A stretch of DNA of 64,000 nucleotides from Bugula neritina. Lineage: Eukaryota > Animalia > Bryozoa. Location: NCBI GenBank assembly GCA_964035545.1, contig OZ037766.1, positions 10,158,722 to 10,222,721 on the forward strand, given 5' to 3'. Below the pieces are notes generated by a model. The model had not been told where the DNA came from. It saw nothing but the letters and a program-made list of their open reading frames with translations, and searched no databases. The position numbers and the translations under genes were made by a program. Within the stretch, counting starts at the first letter, position 1; each line of letters begins with the position of its first letter. Positions 50,618 through 64,000 of the stretch are shown piece by piece.

Positions 50618-51886
50618 ATTAAAATAAAAGAGATAGAATGAGAAATATAAGTATTAACATAAATAATATTATACACTTAACAGTATGAGTACTATAGTAT
50701 AACTAGTAGTGATAAACTTATAAAGAGAAAGGAGGGTATGGAAAGGAAAAAGAACAATAATAAAGTTGGTTAAAGTTATAATAATAATGTTAGTAGTATA
50801 GTATAGTTAATTGTTAAGTATAGTATTAGTATAAGTTTAGTATTGAAGACAAGGAAAGAGTTCACCACACTTCCTCCGCAATAGTCCAGCCAGATTCAAC
50901 CACTGCTAAGGTCCAACTGGGCGCAGACAGAGCTAGCAAGCCAACTCTTGGTGCCTGTTCCTCACGATAGCACACCCAACCCTACCGGTGTCCAAATCAA
51001 ATCTCTGTGCTGCTGATTGCTGTACTTGTGTTTCGTAAATGTAAGTTGTAGCTCCAGCCTGTACCAGTACTCTATGGGCTATATCTTTTCCATTATTATA
51101 ACTATTCCTATTAGTATTAGTATTACTATTACTATTGTATTAGTATTTGTAATTTGATAAATATTTCATAATGATAATCATAATGATTATAATTATGAAA
51201 ACCCTATTGATATTGATCACTCATCAGTATGGCTTAGAATAACTTTAAGATAATTTAGGGCTAATTTGAGATAAGACTAGATAATTTTAGAAGCATTTAT
51301 ACCGTTTCACCTTTCGTCAACTTCAACTTGAACTTTGCAACTGTGCCACACGGCACACGGGACTCCCCAGCCGGAATTATGCCAGCAATAGAAATATTTC
51401 AATCTAATGTTCTGTTATACATTGTTCATGGATACAAGTATGCTCTTTTAATTGGCTGATAATAACTGCAAGAATTGTAGCTTTTTTAAACATCGTAATT
51501 TTATTGACTGTTCTTCCACATCCGATTAGTAAAAGATAACTCCATTCTCACTCGCAGCCTTTTCACCGTCTAAAAATCTATGCGTGTTCATGCAATGTAC
51601 TATTCTATAGGCTACCCTGTTCTACTAAAATGCCTGTAATTCTTTCTAAATGTAGGCGCTGATATTCTTCTTATCAACAACATGTCAACATAGACCATGA
51701 CACATGCAGCTAGCTTCAAACACTAAGCAAGTAATCCTAGTTGAAAGCAACTGTTTTAGTTTTTGGACGGGCAACTTGTTGCTACTTAAACTTTGCTTTG
51801 AAACATTTTTTGTGTATATTTTTTTAAAGCCAATGTCTAAGACTTGCAAAACCTGTAAGACTGCTAGCATACCATGACTTTCTCTC

Positions 51887-51930
51887 ACTCACTCGCGCCA
51901 CACGCACGCACGCACGCACACACGCACACA
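51887..51930. repeat. Compound (CACT/CACG/CA) microsatellite
   Basis: Directly visible. Confidence 0.8.
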
Positions 51931-52751
51931 AATGTAGTGACATAACATATTATGTTTTATTTTTCCCAATATATAGTCCACATATTGGAATAGTTACTTC
52001 ACAAGACAGCTAGCCAGACCAGTATATCTTGAGTAAATGCAGTTTAATGTTTAATAAAAGTAAATTCCATATTTATTTACATAATGATAATTTTTTATGT
52101 GTAATTACTGCTTAAAGTCAGATAGAATGATACTAATCAAATAGAGAAAATAATGTTCAAAGGCAATATATTTTTAATTTAGATTGATGAATTCAATGTA
52201 CGGCTTTATAACATAATGTTCAATGTTATGACCTACATAGTTGCAGCAAAAGAATTATTCTTATCTGGTTTAAAATTAATTGAATTAATGTTCTGGGTGT
52301 ACTATAGAAATTGTCAATAAAAAGTTTAACTTCATATTAGTTGCATTAAGAAAAACACTTTTGAAGGAATAATCTAAAATTAACAAAAGATAGCTTTCTT
52401 TAAGTATATATATTTGTCAGTGGCAATTTAACCAACTGAGCAAGTTGGGTTACCTATCTAGCTTAAAGAAAAGTGAATGGTGCATAATAGAAAAATGTAA
52501 ATCACAAAATTGCTATGTTGCCATGAGAAATTATAAGGTTGGACACCATATAACATGTAATAATAACTGCAGTCCTATGGATCCTTTATCATTATTATTA
52601 TATGTTATACTGCAATTTTGAATTTGATAAACAGTTATTCCCTCTTGTCACAAAAAGAGAGCACAACTATTATTTAAATATATTTGGCTGCTGCAATATA
52701 GATTGTAATGTAGGCAATTTGTGTGATGAATGGGAAATAACATGTTCAAAC

Positions 52752-52877
<126 letters not shown>

Positions 52878-53507
52878 GCACCAGAGAATAAATATAAATA
52901 GAGAGAGAGTGCATATCGGGATTTTGAAGAATGCGTCTGAGCATGCAGTTGAGAAGGATAGATTGAAAATACACAAATTAACATTGTGTAAAAAGTCAAT
53001 GCTCTGCTCAGAAGCCAATTGACTGTGGAACACCACCAGACAAACACTATAACCATGAGGTTTCATTTTTTCTACAGATCAATTTTAGGAGCTGTCAAGG
53101 CCAGAATACATATCAATGCACCAATCCCTAGACTATAGTAAACGGTGTGACGGTATGACGGAAGATATACCTATAGACTGCCAATATCAATGTAAAAACA
53201 TTAATATCATATGCATTATTATTTTTGTATTCCTTTAATATAGTTTATGATCAATATTTTAGCTATTACTTATTTGCCACTTTCTTTTAACGAGAAAAAA
53301 TAGTCAGCAAATAGTTGTAAAAATTGAAGGCAGTCTTACAGGCGTACAGGAGTTGTGCCCTCCTTTAGAATTTAGCCTTTCTATAGAGTGTTACATGTTC
53401 TCAAAATTTTTACATGCGGGTTTTATTTAAGCCATAATTTGTAAAATAATGTTTTAATAGTTTAAATACTTCTGTATATTGTCTATTGTTTTAGAATTTA
53501 TTTGCTA

Positions 53508-53850
<343 letters not shown>

Positions 53851-54937
53851 CAAGAAAAATGAAGTTTTGCCTTCACTTTACTAAACTCTCACAATTCTGA
53901 GCTGAGTATACCAAATATTATAAAAGTACTATGGGAGACCAGTGCTAATTCTCCATGATATATCATACAATAATGGTATGTTCATAGTAATGATATGCAT
54001 GTGCACTCAGAAATCACACACATGTATGCATTCTAGCTGGCACAATAATATAACTGGCATTTACCTGCTTCAGATTTTCAGCTTAGACTACTGAAGAAGC
54101 TGCATAATGTTGCCTAATGGTAGAATGTGTTGTGAATATAGTTATTATTAACCACTATAATAATATATGTTGTTATTCTATTAAAAGCACTTCACATCCA
54201 ATCATTTTGTAAAAAAATTAATTAGACTATTTTTTGAGGAATACTGAAAACAAAAATAGAAACATTGATAGCACTTAAGTAGTGTGATGGTTACTACAGC
54301 TTATAACGCTGCTGTGATATATTTATTATCTTACATTGTGAAGTTATATATAATGTCATTTGTTAGAGATTCTTATGGTAGTAATAGCTGGTTTTGTATG
54401 TTAAAAAGTATAAACAATGCATTCAAGACTTAAATCTACCTTACAGCCACATGCATCTTTATTGTCATAAGTTTTAATTCAATTTAATATCAAATCAGTT
54501 TCAAGTTTATACTGCTTTTTAATAATGCATTACTTTGTTGCTAATTATCACACAGTTATATTCTGCTATTTAAGACAACTTATATATGATAATGGTTATA
54601 GGCCACCAAATCCTGTTCAAGTATGTAATAAATACGACTTTATTCACAGATATATCATAAGATCATAACGATGTCTAGTTATACACAAAATACTATTTAA
54701 CTATAAATGGTATGAATTTAAAGTTGATATTTTATTGAATAGTTAAATAAAAGTTTATCCTTTGGAATTTCTCATAGAGATAATATCTCATATTGTTTCA
54801 TAAATATTCATCTTCAAAAAAAGTTAATTTTAAACAGTACCAAGTTTTAAATAAGGGCGTGTCTAGCAGCAATATTCTTAGTGTCTAGTTTAAATAAAGA
54901 GTTATATTACTTTATAAAACTAAGCAGATAGAAAAGC

Positions 54938-57900
54938 TTATGGCTTTCTCCATTCAAATTTGCACAACTCATAAATAAAATCGCAGAAAGCTGGATAGTC
55001 TACATCATGCCTCAGCCCCTTCTTCACTTGGAATCTCTCTGTGATTAAATTGGCTTCTTGTTCGGAGATTAGGCTCCAGAGTTCAAGTTCCATCAAGACT
55101 CTTTTAAATTGTGAAGCACCCACAAAACCATTATGAACTCTGTCAAAGTCTTCAAATAGTGGGTAGAGTTGCATTCTCCTTTGTCGTACCTACAGAAAAT
55201 TTGCTTCATTTTTAATATATTACAATAATCAACTATAAGTACTATAATTACTGTGTTTGCCTATCCTATATCTGTTGCCCATGGTTGACCTTTAAAACCT
55301 TCTGTTATACTATAACATATTTGTTGACAGTAAATTATTTTCTGTGCAAGTACTGGGTTTAACACAATATTATGTTTGTCATTTTAACTTGTTTAAAAAC
55401 ATATACAATATAAGCAGATTAAACATCTTCAAATTCTACTATAGTGAACTGAACGTTTACAATTGCAGTATTACACGGTGGTTACAACAAGCTAAATTTG
55501 CCTCACATTACATGCAAAAATGTTTTAGCCTTTTTGTATGCTTAAAGGTGCTAAAGCTGGACTAATACTCAATCTAACAGTTTTATACCATAAAGCAACC
55601 TATCAAAAAAATAATTTAACACTGGCATTAGCATGTTTTCATAACTATGGCTCTAAGTAAAAATAAAATGGAATTCATTAACTATATATTACTTTTTTAT
55701 TATAAGTTGTGAAATATCCATGTATAAAATACATACTTTTTCAGCTAATCGCTTTAACGCTTCCAGACATAAGGAAGCATCTTCGTCACTAAGCTGATTC
55801 ATCTGCCAGTCAACTGGTGGCTTGAACTGCTCAACCTCCAGCAATGGTGCTTTCTCTAATTCTTTAATGGTAAATATAGATTCCACTTCATCAGAAAATC
55901 TAACCCACTCCACATGATCTGGCACATGAGAAGCAAATCTAAAAGACAAATTTACAACAATTAATAAACATTTCAAAACTTTCTGATAATTTAATGGTGT
56001 AGCCTTTAGAATTAATTTAGGTAGCTGTAATTGACATGATTAGATAAATAAGACATTGCACTATATAAAACATGGAGTACTACTATACTTCTGACTAGAG
56101 AAAAATTTTGTATGAATATTTTTTATTTTTAACCACTAGCATCTTTCATCTTGTGAGAATAAAAAGTTTAATTATAACAAAATTAATTTTAATAAAAATA
56201 ACCTTCCTTCATTCCTCTCAATTTTATAATTTTTTACACGGCAATATTTAAGTTTTTATTTCAGTAAAATTCTCACCTCACCTATCTGTCCTGCTCGAGT
56301 AGAGGGAATTTTTATTTCAGTTAATAGCAAATAAAATTGTTATTTTTGTGTAGTGTGACACTTTTACTTTTTACTCACTTGTCTTCTAGGAGAGCATACT
56401 CTGATTCCTTGAGTTCAAACTTGCATAGGCCAAGGGCTCTTCTGAAAGAGATTTTATGCATTCTTCCTGACCTCAGCTTGTCATAGTCTCTCAGCCACTC
56501 ATGGACTCTCACTCTGTCTTTGACTACCTGAAATACACAAAACAACACTAACACCCTTTGTTTTACTGCTGAGGCCTGGCTAATAGCAAGCTTCATTTAT
56601 AAATGCTTTTTTTATAACTTTGTATTAACTATGTTTCACTGCTGGCTCAAGTTAGCCTGGCGAATAGCGAGATTAAATAAAATATATTTTGTATATTTTT
56701 TAACAATATAATCTATTTTGTCCACATGCCGCTATCCTGTGCAGTGTGCTTGCTTGCAAAGTATCTGATCAGGTGATACTGTAAATAGTGAATTGCTAAT
56801 TATTTATACCTTGGTTTTTATTTTAAGTAACAAGTCTTCAAGATCAGATTTGGCATCGATTTCTGGCAAATTCTTTCCCTCGTTAGTTTTACGCAATCCT
56901 TTCAACCTCTCTAAGTACATGAACTGCAGTGGTTCCTGTGGCATTAGCTCAGAGAGAAACGTCATGTAGTTGAAGCCAGTGTCATTACAATACTTTGCCT
57001 CAAGGGCAGACATTTCATCTGGAGTTGTATGAAGTTCAAGCATTGTTAGTGCCTGCAAAAGATTTTTTAAAATTTTAAAGCAAGCGGTACAAGTAAATGT
57101 TCTATTTATTAGTTATAACATCCCCAGCATAATAATTATAATTTTCAGTCAATATACAGAAGATTTTGTTTGCAAAAAATGATATGATGTTTAATTTTTA
57201 ACCACATTATATATGGTCAACATATTATATTAAGTGCTGAATTTAAAAAAAAATTGCAATCAGAAATGGAAATAGCAACTTTTCATAATTCTCACTTGTC
57301 TGAACTGTTGGCGAGTAATATGCCCATTATTGTGTCTGTCGAAATCTTGAAACACAGGCTTAAGCAAGACTCTGCGTTGGTCAGCTCTCTCTCGCAATCT
57401 CTGTAGTGTTTCATCTACCAGTTGCTTATGTTCATCAGAAGCATAAGTCCAGTCCATTGTACCTGGCTTTGGTATCCTGAATATCTCTGATGGGGGAACT
57501 CTATGTTCTGGTACCTTCTCTAGGTTGGGCTGTGTGAATACTAAACAAAAAACCTATCATTTAAGATTTACATGAACATTAGTTATTGTTTAGTTTAGTT
57601 TAAGAGTAATATTAAACACAATGCTCTTGAAACAATTGTATAAACATATTTTTCTTTTTTAAATACTTGTTTTTAATTCTGAATGTTGGGCAAACTATAA
57701 AGTTTCAAACTAAAAAAAAGGACATACCTGACTCAACATCATTCATAAATTTCACCCATTGTACTTTATCTTTAGCTTTTGGATCCTCATAATATTGACA
57801 TAAAACTGCATACTGTGGATCAATAAGGTCATGGTGACCTAGTTTGCTAAGACCAAGAGAAGATAAAGCCCGTCTGAATTGTGCTTTGGTGATCGATCCA

Positions 57901-60004
57901 GTTCTTAGACCATCAAAATCTTGGAAGTATTCAATCACCTACCAAACCATTTAAATTACACTTAAATAAATAGAAAATGCCTAACATTGGCATTAAAAAT
58001 GAGATATTAAACTTATTAAAATATTGACTTTCGATTATTTAAAAACATATTATACATACCCTGAGTCGATTTGTGAGCACGTGATGCCTAACTCTGGCTA
58101 TCAAACTGCTCATATCAACCTCGCTGATATCACATTTGGGCACAGAACTCAGATCTGGGTACATTGGTTTAACTGCAGTTTCAGATAGAGTGACTCTACC
58201 ACCATCAGTACCAGGTATAGCCGTAGAGAAATCTACCGCTGGAGGACTGTCAATGGTGAATCCAACAAACTCTGTAACACAATTGTAGGTCAATGTATAC
58301 ATGTATGTGTGCATGTACATAGAAGGTACCTTGTGTTGCAAATGCATAAAATCACCGTTTGGAGTACAGCATAAGAAAATCAGTCAAAGTGAGTCATATT
58401 CAAGCTAATAATATTTAAATTACATTGCAGAAAAGTAGTCTAAATCAATCACAGAACAGCACAACATGTTACTTACTGTCGTCGATAGACTGTACAAAAG
58501 CAGGGTAGTTGACGTCACCAGTTGCCTGATCAATAAACTTGCGGCAAAGCAGCTTAAAATCTTCATCAGTTACATTTATTGTGAGAAAGTGAAGCATGCG
58601 TCTAAACTGCAGTGGGGTGATAACTCTAGTGTAGGCACAACTCTGAAAGGTATCACAACCAATTATCAAATTAAATATTAATTTGTCTAACATAACTTCA
58701 AATGAAGAATTGAAAACCACTAATTTTAATTGTAAGTTTTTAGTTGATATTGTACATATTAAAATAATTTAACTCATAAAAGTCAATTTTCTACAGCTTA
58801 CTAAAATTGTTATCAAATACTGGATATAAATTAATAGTTGGATGTTGACTATCTTTGGATAAATGTACCACAACATTTTTTGATTCTTAAAACACAATAT
58901 ATTACAGACTATATACCTTATGTTACTTTATTACTTAATTTCAAATTTGATCTATTGATCTGATAATAAACTCAGCAAAAACAGAGTTATAGATTCAGGT
59001 AAAGTCTGATGTCAAACTTTCAATTTTAAAAAAATTTAATTTTATTCACAATATTACAAACTTCCGTAAAATTAAATGTGTTTTCTTAAATTTTCCTTTT
59101 ATATGCCTGCATTTTATTGGACCTATATGCAGCTATATAACCATGGCATATAGAAGTCTAATAAAATGCAGGCAGATAATGCAAATGAAAATACAGTCAA
59201 GCTTTAGCTAAACATACCCTGTCGTAGTCTTTGAAATATTGGTACATCATAATACGTCTCTCATTAACCTGGTTGATGATCATGCTGAGTACCGTCTTGA
59301 GACGTGATTCTTCTGCGTCACTCAATGTTGGAATAGTCTAAACAAACAATAAATTACTATAATATGGAATATTGTGTGTATTCTGTTGGAGGAGACAACC
59401 CCCAAAACAGCTGCCTGTCAGCAGGTTGAGCTATACTATATTTATAAGTAGTAAATAAAAAAAATCTTTGATATAGTAAGTATTATGTACTTATTGTTCA
59501 ACTATTAGCTTCATGCTACCACACATATAGTATAACAAGTGCCATTTTAAAACTACTTTAGTTATTGTAGTGATGAGTTTACCCAGTGCCACCCCCCCCC
59601 TCGTAGTGTAATGGTTAGCACACTTGCTTGCAAGCCAGGGGTCTCGGGTTTGATTCCCAGTGGGGGCAATTATTTTTCAAGCTATTTCGGCCTTTAGTGA
59701 AATGTAGTAGTAGTACTCCGAGGGAGTTAAGAGGCCAGGGAAGCCTGAAGACTGAAGGAGTTGTAGATAGGCCAGTGGAGTTCAGAGAACTGGGTGGGAT
59801 GTAGTGATGAGTTTACCCAGTGGTCCCCATGCTGTAATGGTTAGCATACTTCCTTGCAAGCCAGGGGTCTCGGGTTTGATTCCCAGTGAGGGCAATTATT
59901 TTTTAGTTAATCATTGTATAGCTACCCCTCATTTTCAAAGAATATCTGCACTTTTATTTACTGTTCACCAACACCAAATTTTCTATACTACACACATGCA
60001 CACA

Positions 60005-60056
<52 letters not shown>

Positions 60057-60066
60057 CACACGCACA

Positions 60067-60109
<43 letters not shown>

Positions 60110-62416
60110 ATATGCATACATGTATATAAACCTAACTATGCATAGTATCTTTTCCAAATAATAATTATTCTGCGATGGCATTACTGATGTTCAGTCTTAA
60201 CTCACCCTGTTTAGGGAACCTTCTTTGGGGTGGACTGGTGTTAGAGTAGCTTTCTTATCTAAATCTGGAATATTGAAGGCTGCAAAAAAACAAATATATC
60301 GCATGTAAAAAGGAATGTTTTATATTCAGCCAAAAATTGTTTTGCACAAATCTTGGAGTTATCATTTCAAATAATATGAGGTTCAAGTCTAGGCATTGAA
60401 AATTTTGCTCTATGCTGAAATCCAGGTTACATACTTGGTAAATTCGTAAAAGTGTGCAGTCTAAATTCAACTCACCATTTTCCATCATGTCACAGAACTC
60501 CTTATACTGAACTCTACCATCAGAGGTTTTGTAAAAGTTGACAATTTTTTGCATGTCATGTCGGCTAAGTTGAGCCTCTTTGCCGACTGCTAAGGAAAGT
60601 CCACACAAGAACTGATTTTCTGTGACAATTCCAGACCGCAGACGGTCATGATCTTTGAAAAATTCCGGTGTTCGAATGCCATGCTTAAATACAGCAATCC
60701 TGATTTTGTCGAAGATCTGCTGAACTGATGGATCTTCCACTTTCTGTTGGAATAGTAAAAAAACACTAGTGGTAAGCATTCGTATTTTATTTTGTAACTT
60801 AAAGTATACATAACGAGATGTTAATATCTAAGCATTGTTTTCAATGTTTATTGTTCAAATGCTTTTTATGTTGTAAAGTTGTAAAATTAGGTATTCAGTT
60901 TATATCAAATGTTATAGAAAAATGAGTTCCTCATATTATAGAATTGATAATTTAAAATGATTTCATGCTGAAACAGATTGTTACTTCCTTACCTCATTTG
61001 GTATGTAATCAGTTTTAGCACATGTAGAATTTAGATTCAGTTGTTGAGCTGCCATATTGTCGCCAACGGCAACAAGATCATGATGCAGGTTTAAATACAC
61101 AACTAGTCCTGGCTCATTAGGATCTCCATACTTTTTTACCAGTCTAGTTATTTCTGCCTCATCAACATCAGGAGGGCCAGGAAAAGCTCGATAGAACTAC
61201 AAGCATAAAGTATGCAATTATACTATCATTCTTAATAAAAGTTTTATTTGTGATAGTATCATATAAGCAAAAATTACAATTTAAGTAACATCTTCTAGCC
61301 CATTTATCATTTAAAATTTAACTAATAATTACCATACTCTTTAATTAAAACGACTATATGTACAAATTTTTAACTACACCTGCTAATATAAATCTAATTA
61401 ACAAATAAAATTAAGAAATATATATCACCACTTGAAAATATAATAAACGTACTTGACTTTCTGTGATTTTGCCAATATGGTGAAAATCAAAGTCTTCATA
61501 GCAAGTTCGAAGGTTGATGCCATGGTACTTATAAAATTCCACCATCTTACGCAAGGTTTCTTCAACTTTCTTTTCAGAAGCTGGACTAAGTGGTCGTATA
61601 GTTCTCTGTGTCCCTAGACTGTAAAAAGCCATGACTAAATTATCACATTTAATTCTCATGCTTATTGTATATAGGCTTAGCTAAAATAATATTTAGTAAA
61701 TCAAAATACAAACATCTGCAAGAACATTTATAATAAATTATATCAACAGTTTGGTCATGAGATAATTAAACACCAATTACTTTATGAGCTGTGCATGCTA
61801 TTTAAAAATTATAGTTTAAAAACAGAAATTCAATATGAACAACTGTACTTACAACTCGAGAGGCTCAACTTTTTGTAAAGCAGGGTCAGTTTTAAAATTT
61901 GTTGCTGCAAAGGATGTTTCAATCAAGTTAGAAAATTGCTTCCAGCAAATTCTCCCATTTCTTTTGATATCATATTTTTGCTTGATGAGCTGTTCTTCTT
62001 GTGGAGTAAACTTGAGTCCTAAGTTCATCCATAGGCAACGGAAAAACTGGGAATCTACATAAAGTAATAAATACAACTTGCAAAAGTGTTAAAAAATTAA
62101 GTTGATTCATGGGCATGTAACACTCTCTTACCATAAATTTATTCATATTTTATTAAAACTTGATCACATTTTATTTTACTATCAAATATATTTATTGCAA
62201 AAATATTAAGCTTTGATGTGTGGCCAAGCATACAAAAATTTGCTCTCCAAACACAAAGACTAATAATGTATGTCTTAATATCTTAAAATAATTACCAGTT
62301 ACATAGCCAGACCGAAGCCGGTCATAGTCTATAAAGAATTCTGATGGGCGAAGTCTCTTAGTAAGACAGAGAGTCCTAACTGTCTCTTCCACTTTATCTA
62401 CTGCGGCCGCAACCAT
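54938..62416 (-). CDS. Multi EF-hand-pair repeat protein (about 940 aa, about 15 exons), CFAP115/EFCAB6-like
   Basis: Eight repeats of FxD(F/Y/H)Dxxxx(G)x(I/V)(T/S)xxxF, each followed by a degenerate second hand (e.g. [24 protein letters not shown]). Spliced exons are consistent from ATG 62416 to TAA 54938. The family name is tentative. Confidence 0.75.
59104..59174. repeat. Short hairpin / mini-MITE
   Basis: TGCCTGCATTTTATT...AATAAAATGCAGGCA perfect 15-bp inverted repeat, extended by TATATGC/GCATATA. Confidence 0.65.
59566..59905 (+). mobile_element. TRIM with tRNA-derived LTRs, copy 2 (different subfamily)
   Basis: LTRs 59566-59679 (TG...CA) and 59800-59905 (TG...TA). Same AGCTATTTCGGCC after the 5' LTR and TGGGTGGGA before the 3' LTR as copy 1. 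Flanks GTTAT/GTTAA (4 of 5). Confidence 0.85.
59990..60110. repeat. (CACG)n(CA)n compound microsatellite
   Basis: Directly visible. Confidence 0.97.
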
Positions 62417-63099
62417 TATTTTGAAGGCTTTACTGAATATCTGTACTGTTTCTGCAAGCATAAAATAAAGAGATATTATTGTGCTGTAGTTATGCAAACA
62501 GTTGCTGGAAGCTTCCAGAGAGTAATATGCAAGTAGTTGCTTTAAAAATTTATAAACTATAAGTAGGTAGTCAAAGTATTTTACTCCAGCCTGCTGAGCT
62601 CTTTAAGAATTTGTAAAAAGTGGTTTTAAATATTGATACATGCCAGTTGCCAGCCAATGACAAAAATGTCAAATTCAAATTTAATATAATGCACATATAG
62701 TACAAATAGTGTACAATAGTGAGACTTATCAGTGTCTACATTACTGACAATTGCACAGCTAAGAAAAATATTTTTTACAAATAATTAAAATAATTATATT
62801 TTGTTGATCAAATAGCATTTAACTATAATAATAACTATATATAATGTATACCTAATTTATTTTTATATTTAGAATATTTATGATAAAATTATAAACATAC
62901 ATTAGTTATTAGAATAATTATCAACAGTATAATTCTATTTTATAATTCATTATAACTATTGTTGTAGCTATACACTAAAAATGTTAATAATTATCATAAT
63001 ATTATTAATTGTAACCATAATCAGACTACATTACATAAATCAAAAGCTAAATGAATTTTCTTCACAATAGACAACATAGATTCAAAAGAGGTATGTTTT

Positions 63100-63560
63100 G
63101 TGAAACACAACTCTGCACCACATACCATGAGATAGCAAAGACTAAGCAAGCAACAAAAACAACACAAGCTGGAGTGTTGGATTTCAAGAAGGTCTTTATG
63201 CCCTTCTAATCCAAAAATTGAAGCTAATATCTGACATATTGGTAAACTGGATTCAAGATTTTTTGACCCATAGAAAGCAAAAAGTAGTTATCAAAAGTCT
63301 ATCTTACTCAAAACTAGAGGTAATTTCAGAAGTACCACAAGGTTCAGTCTTGAGCCCAACACTACTTTTAATATACATTAACATATTAAAATTTAACTGC
63401 AGTGTAAACCTATATGGTGATAAGTTGAGTCTCTGGAAATAATGCAGTAAAAGGTTGTGAGATCTATTTCTAGATTAACAAAACAGAAAGTACCACATTG
63501 GCATGCTTCTAGCTTGACCTTTAGTCTTTCAAACATAAGTGCATAAATCGTTGACTAAAT
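63100..63560 (+). mobile_element. Degraded CR1-group RT fragment
   Basis: LDFKK, WIQDFLTHRKQKVVI, VPQGSVLSPTLLLIYIN, LYGD are colinear with the RT of the intact LINE, with deletions. Confidence 0.8.
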
Positions 63561-64000
63561 CTTCTCAAGAAAATTTTGCAAGAACAACACTCAGCATTTG
63601 CAATAGCAAATGATGAATTTACAAAAGATCACCAAAATGTACTCATAACCACTACGTCTGCTGCTCGATCGCGTTAAATTAACATCGATATATGCAACCT
63701 TACTATCATGGTAGTTTCTTACCAAGAACAATTAGAGATACCGGAGGGAACATAGATTAAAAAATTTACACAACATCCACTTAACCTGCAGTAAAACAAG
63801 TTTCACACTGTAAACCAAATGTAGCACCTCTATAACTGCAAGTGTTCCAAGTGTTTGACATTTTTAAAGGTATTCAAACTCAAAGGTATACTAATGCATA
63901 CTAATCATAATCATAATGATGATGAATTAAATTTAATACTGTACTTATATTACTGAAGAATTGGTGATTCGTTTTGGATGGAATGCTACGCAAAACGAAT

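Larger units (their letters stand above)
46955..51090 (-). mobile_element. Full-length, apparently intact CR1/L2-group non-LTR retrotransposon
   Basis: ORF1 plus ORF2 uninterrupted, short 3' UTR with a stem-loop, and a (CAAGA)n tail at 46955-46976. The 5' boundary is approximate and no unambiguous TSD was found. Confidence 0.92.

Noticed and set aside
46931-51122. CTATTAGTATTAGTA on both sides of the LINE as a TSD
   Set aside because: Not flush with the tail, and it lies in low-complexity sequence where such matches arise by chance.

Overview
AT-rich, intron-rich eukaryotic DNA from an invertebrate animal (probably bilaterian; taxon not determinable). Seven spliced host genes were reconstructed by hand from GT-AG boundaries: hormone-sensitive lipase (-, 5' part only), maelstrom (+), ATF7IP/Windei (-), a TMEM276-like membrane protein (-), a C10orf53/UPF0728 homologue (+, missed by the ORF track, preceded by an RFX X-box), 2-oxoglutarate dehydrogenase E1 (-), and a ~940-aa protein with eight EF-hand-pair repeats (CFAP115-like, -). 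Mobile DNA is abundant: an intact two-ORF CR1/L2-group LINE, a truncated Gypsy element, a solo LTR, a decayed RTE LINE, an inverted pair of tRNA-derived SINEs, hAT-like and Mutator-like foldback elements, and microsatellites. The best candidate for something new is a ~335-bp non-coding LTR retroelement (TRIM) present twice (3002-3334, 59566-59905). Its LTRs are mostly a tRNA-like Pol III cassette, it has 5-bp TSDs, and its primer-binding-site position holds AGCTATTTCGGC, the complement of the 5' end (not the 3' end) of tRNA-Phe. Also notable are the C10orf53-OGDH tail-to-tail linkage resembling human C10orf53-OGDHL, the adjacent maelstrom and ATF7IP genes, and recurring TA-rich simple-sequence zones at gene 5' ends. 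All homology calls are from recognised motifs and memory; no searches were run.
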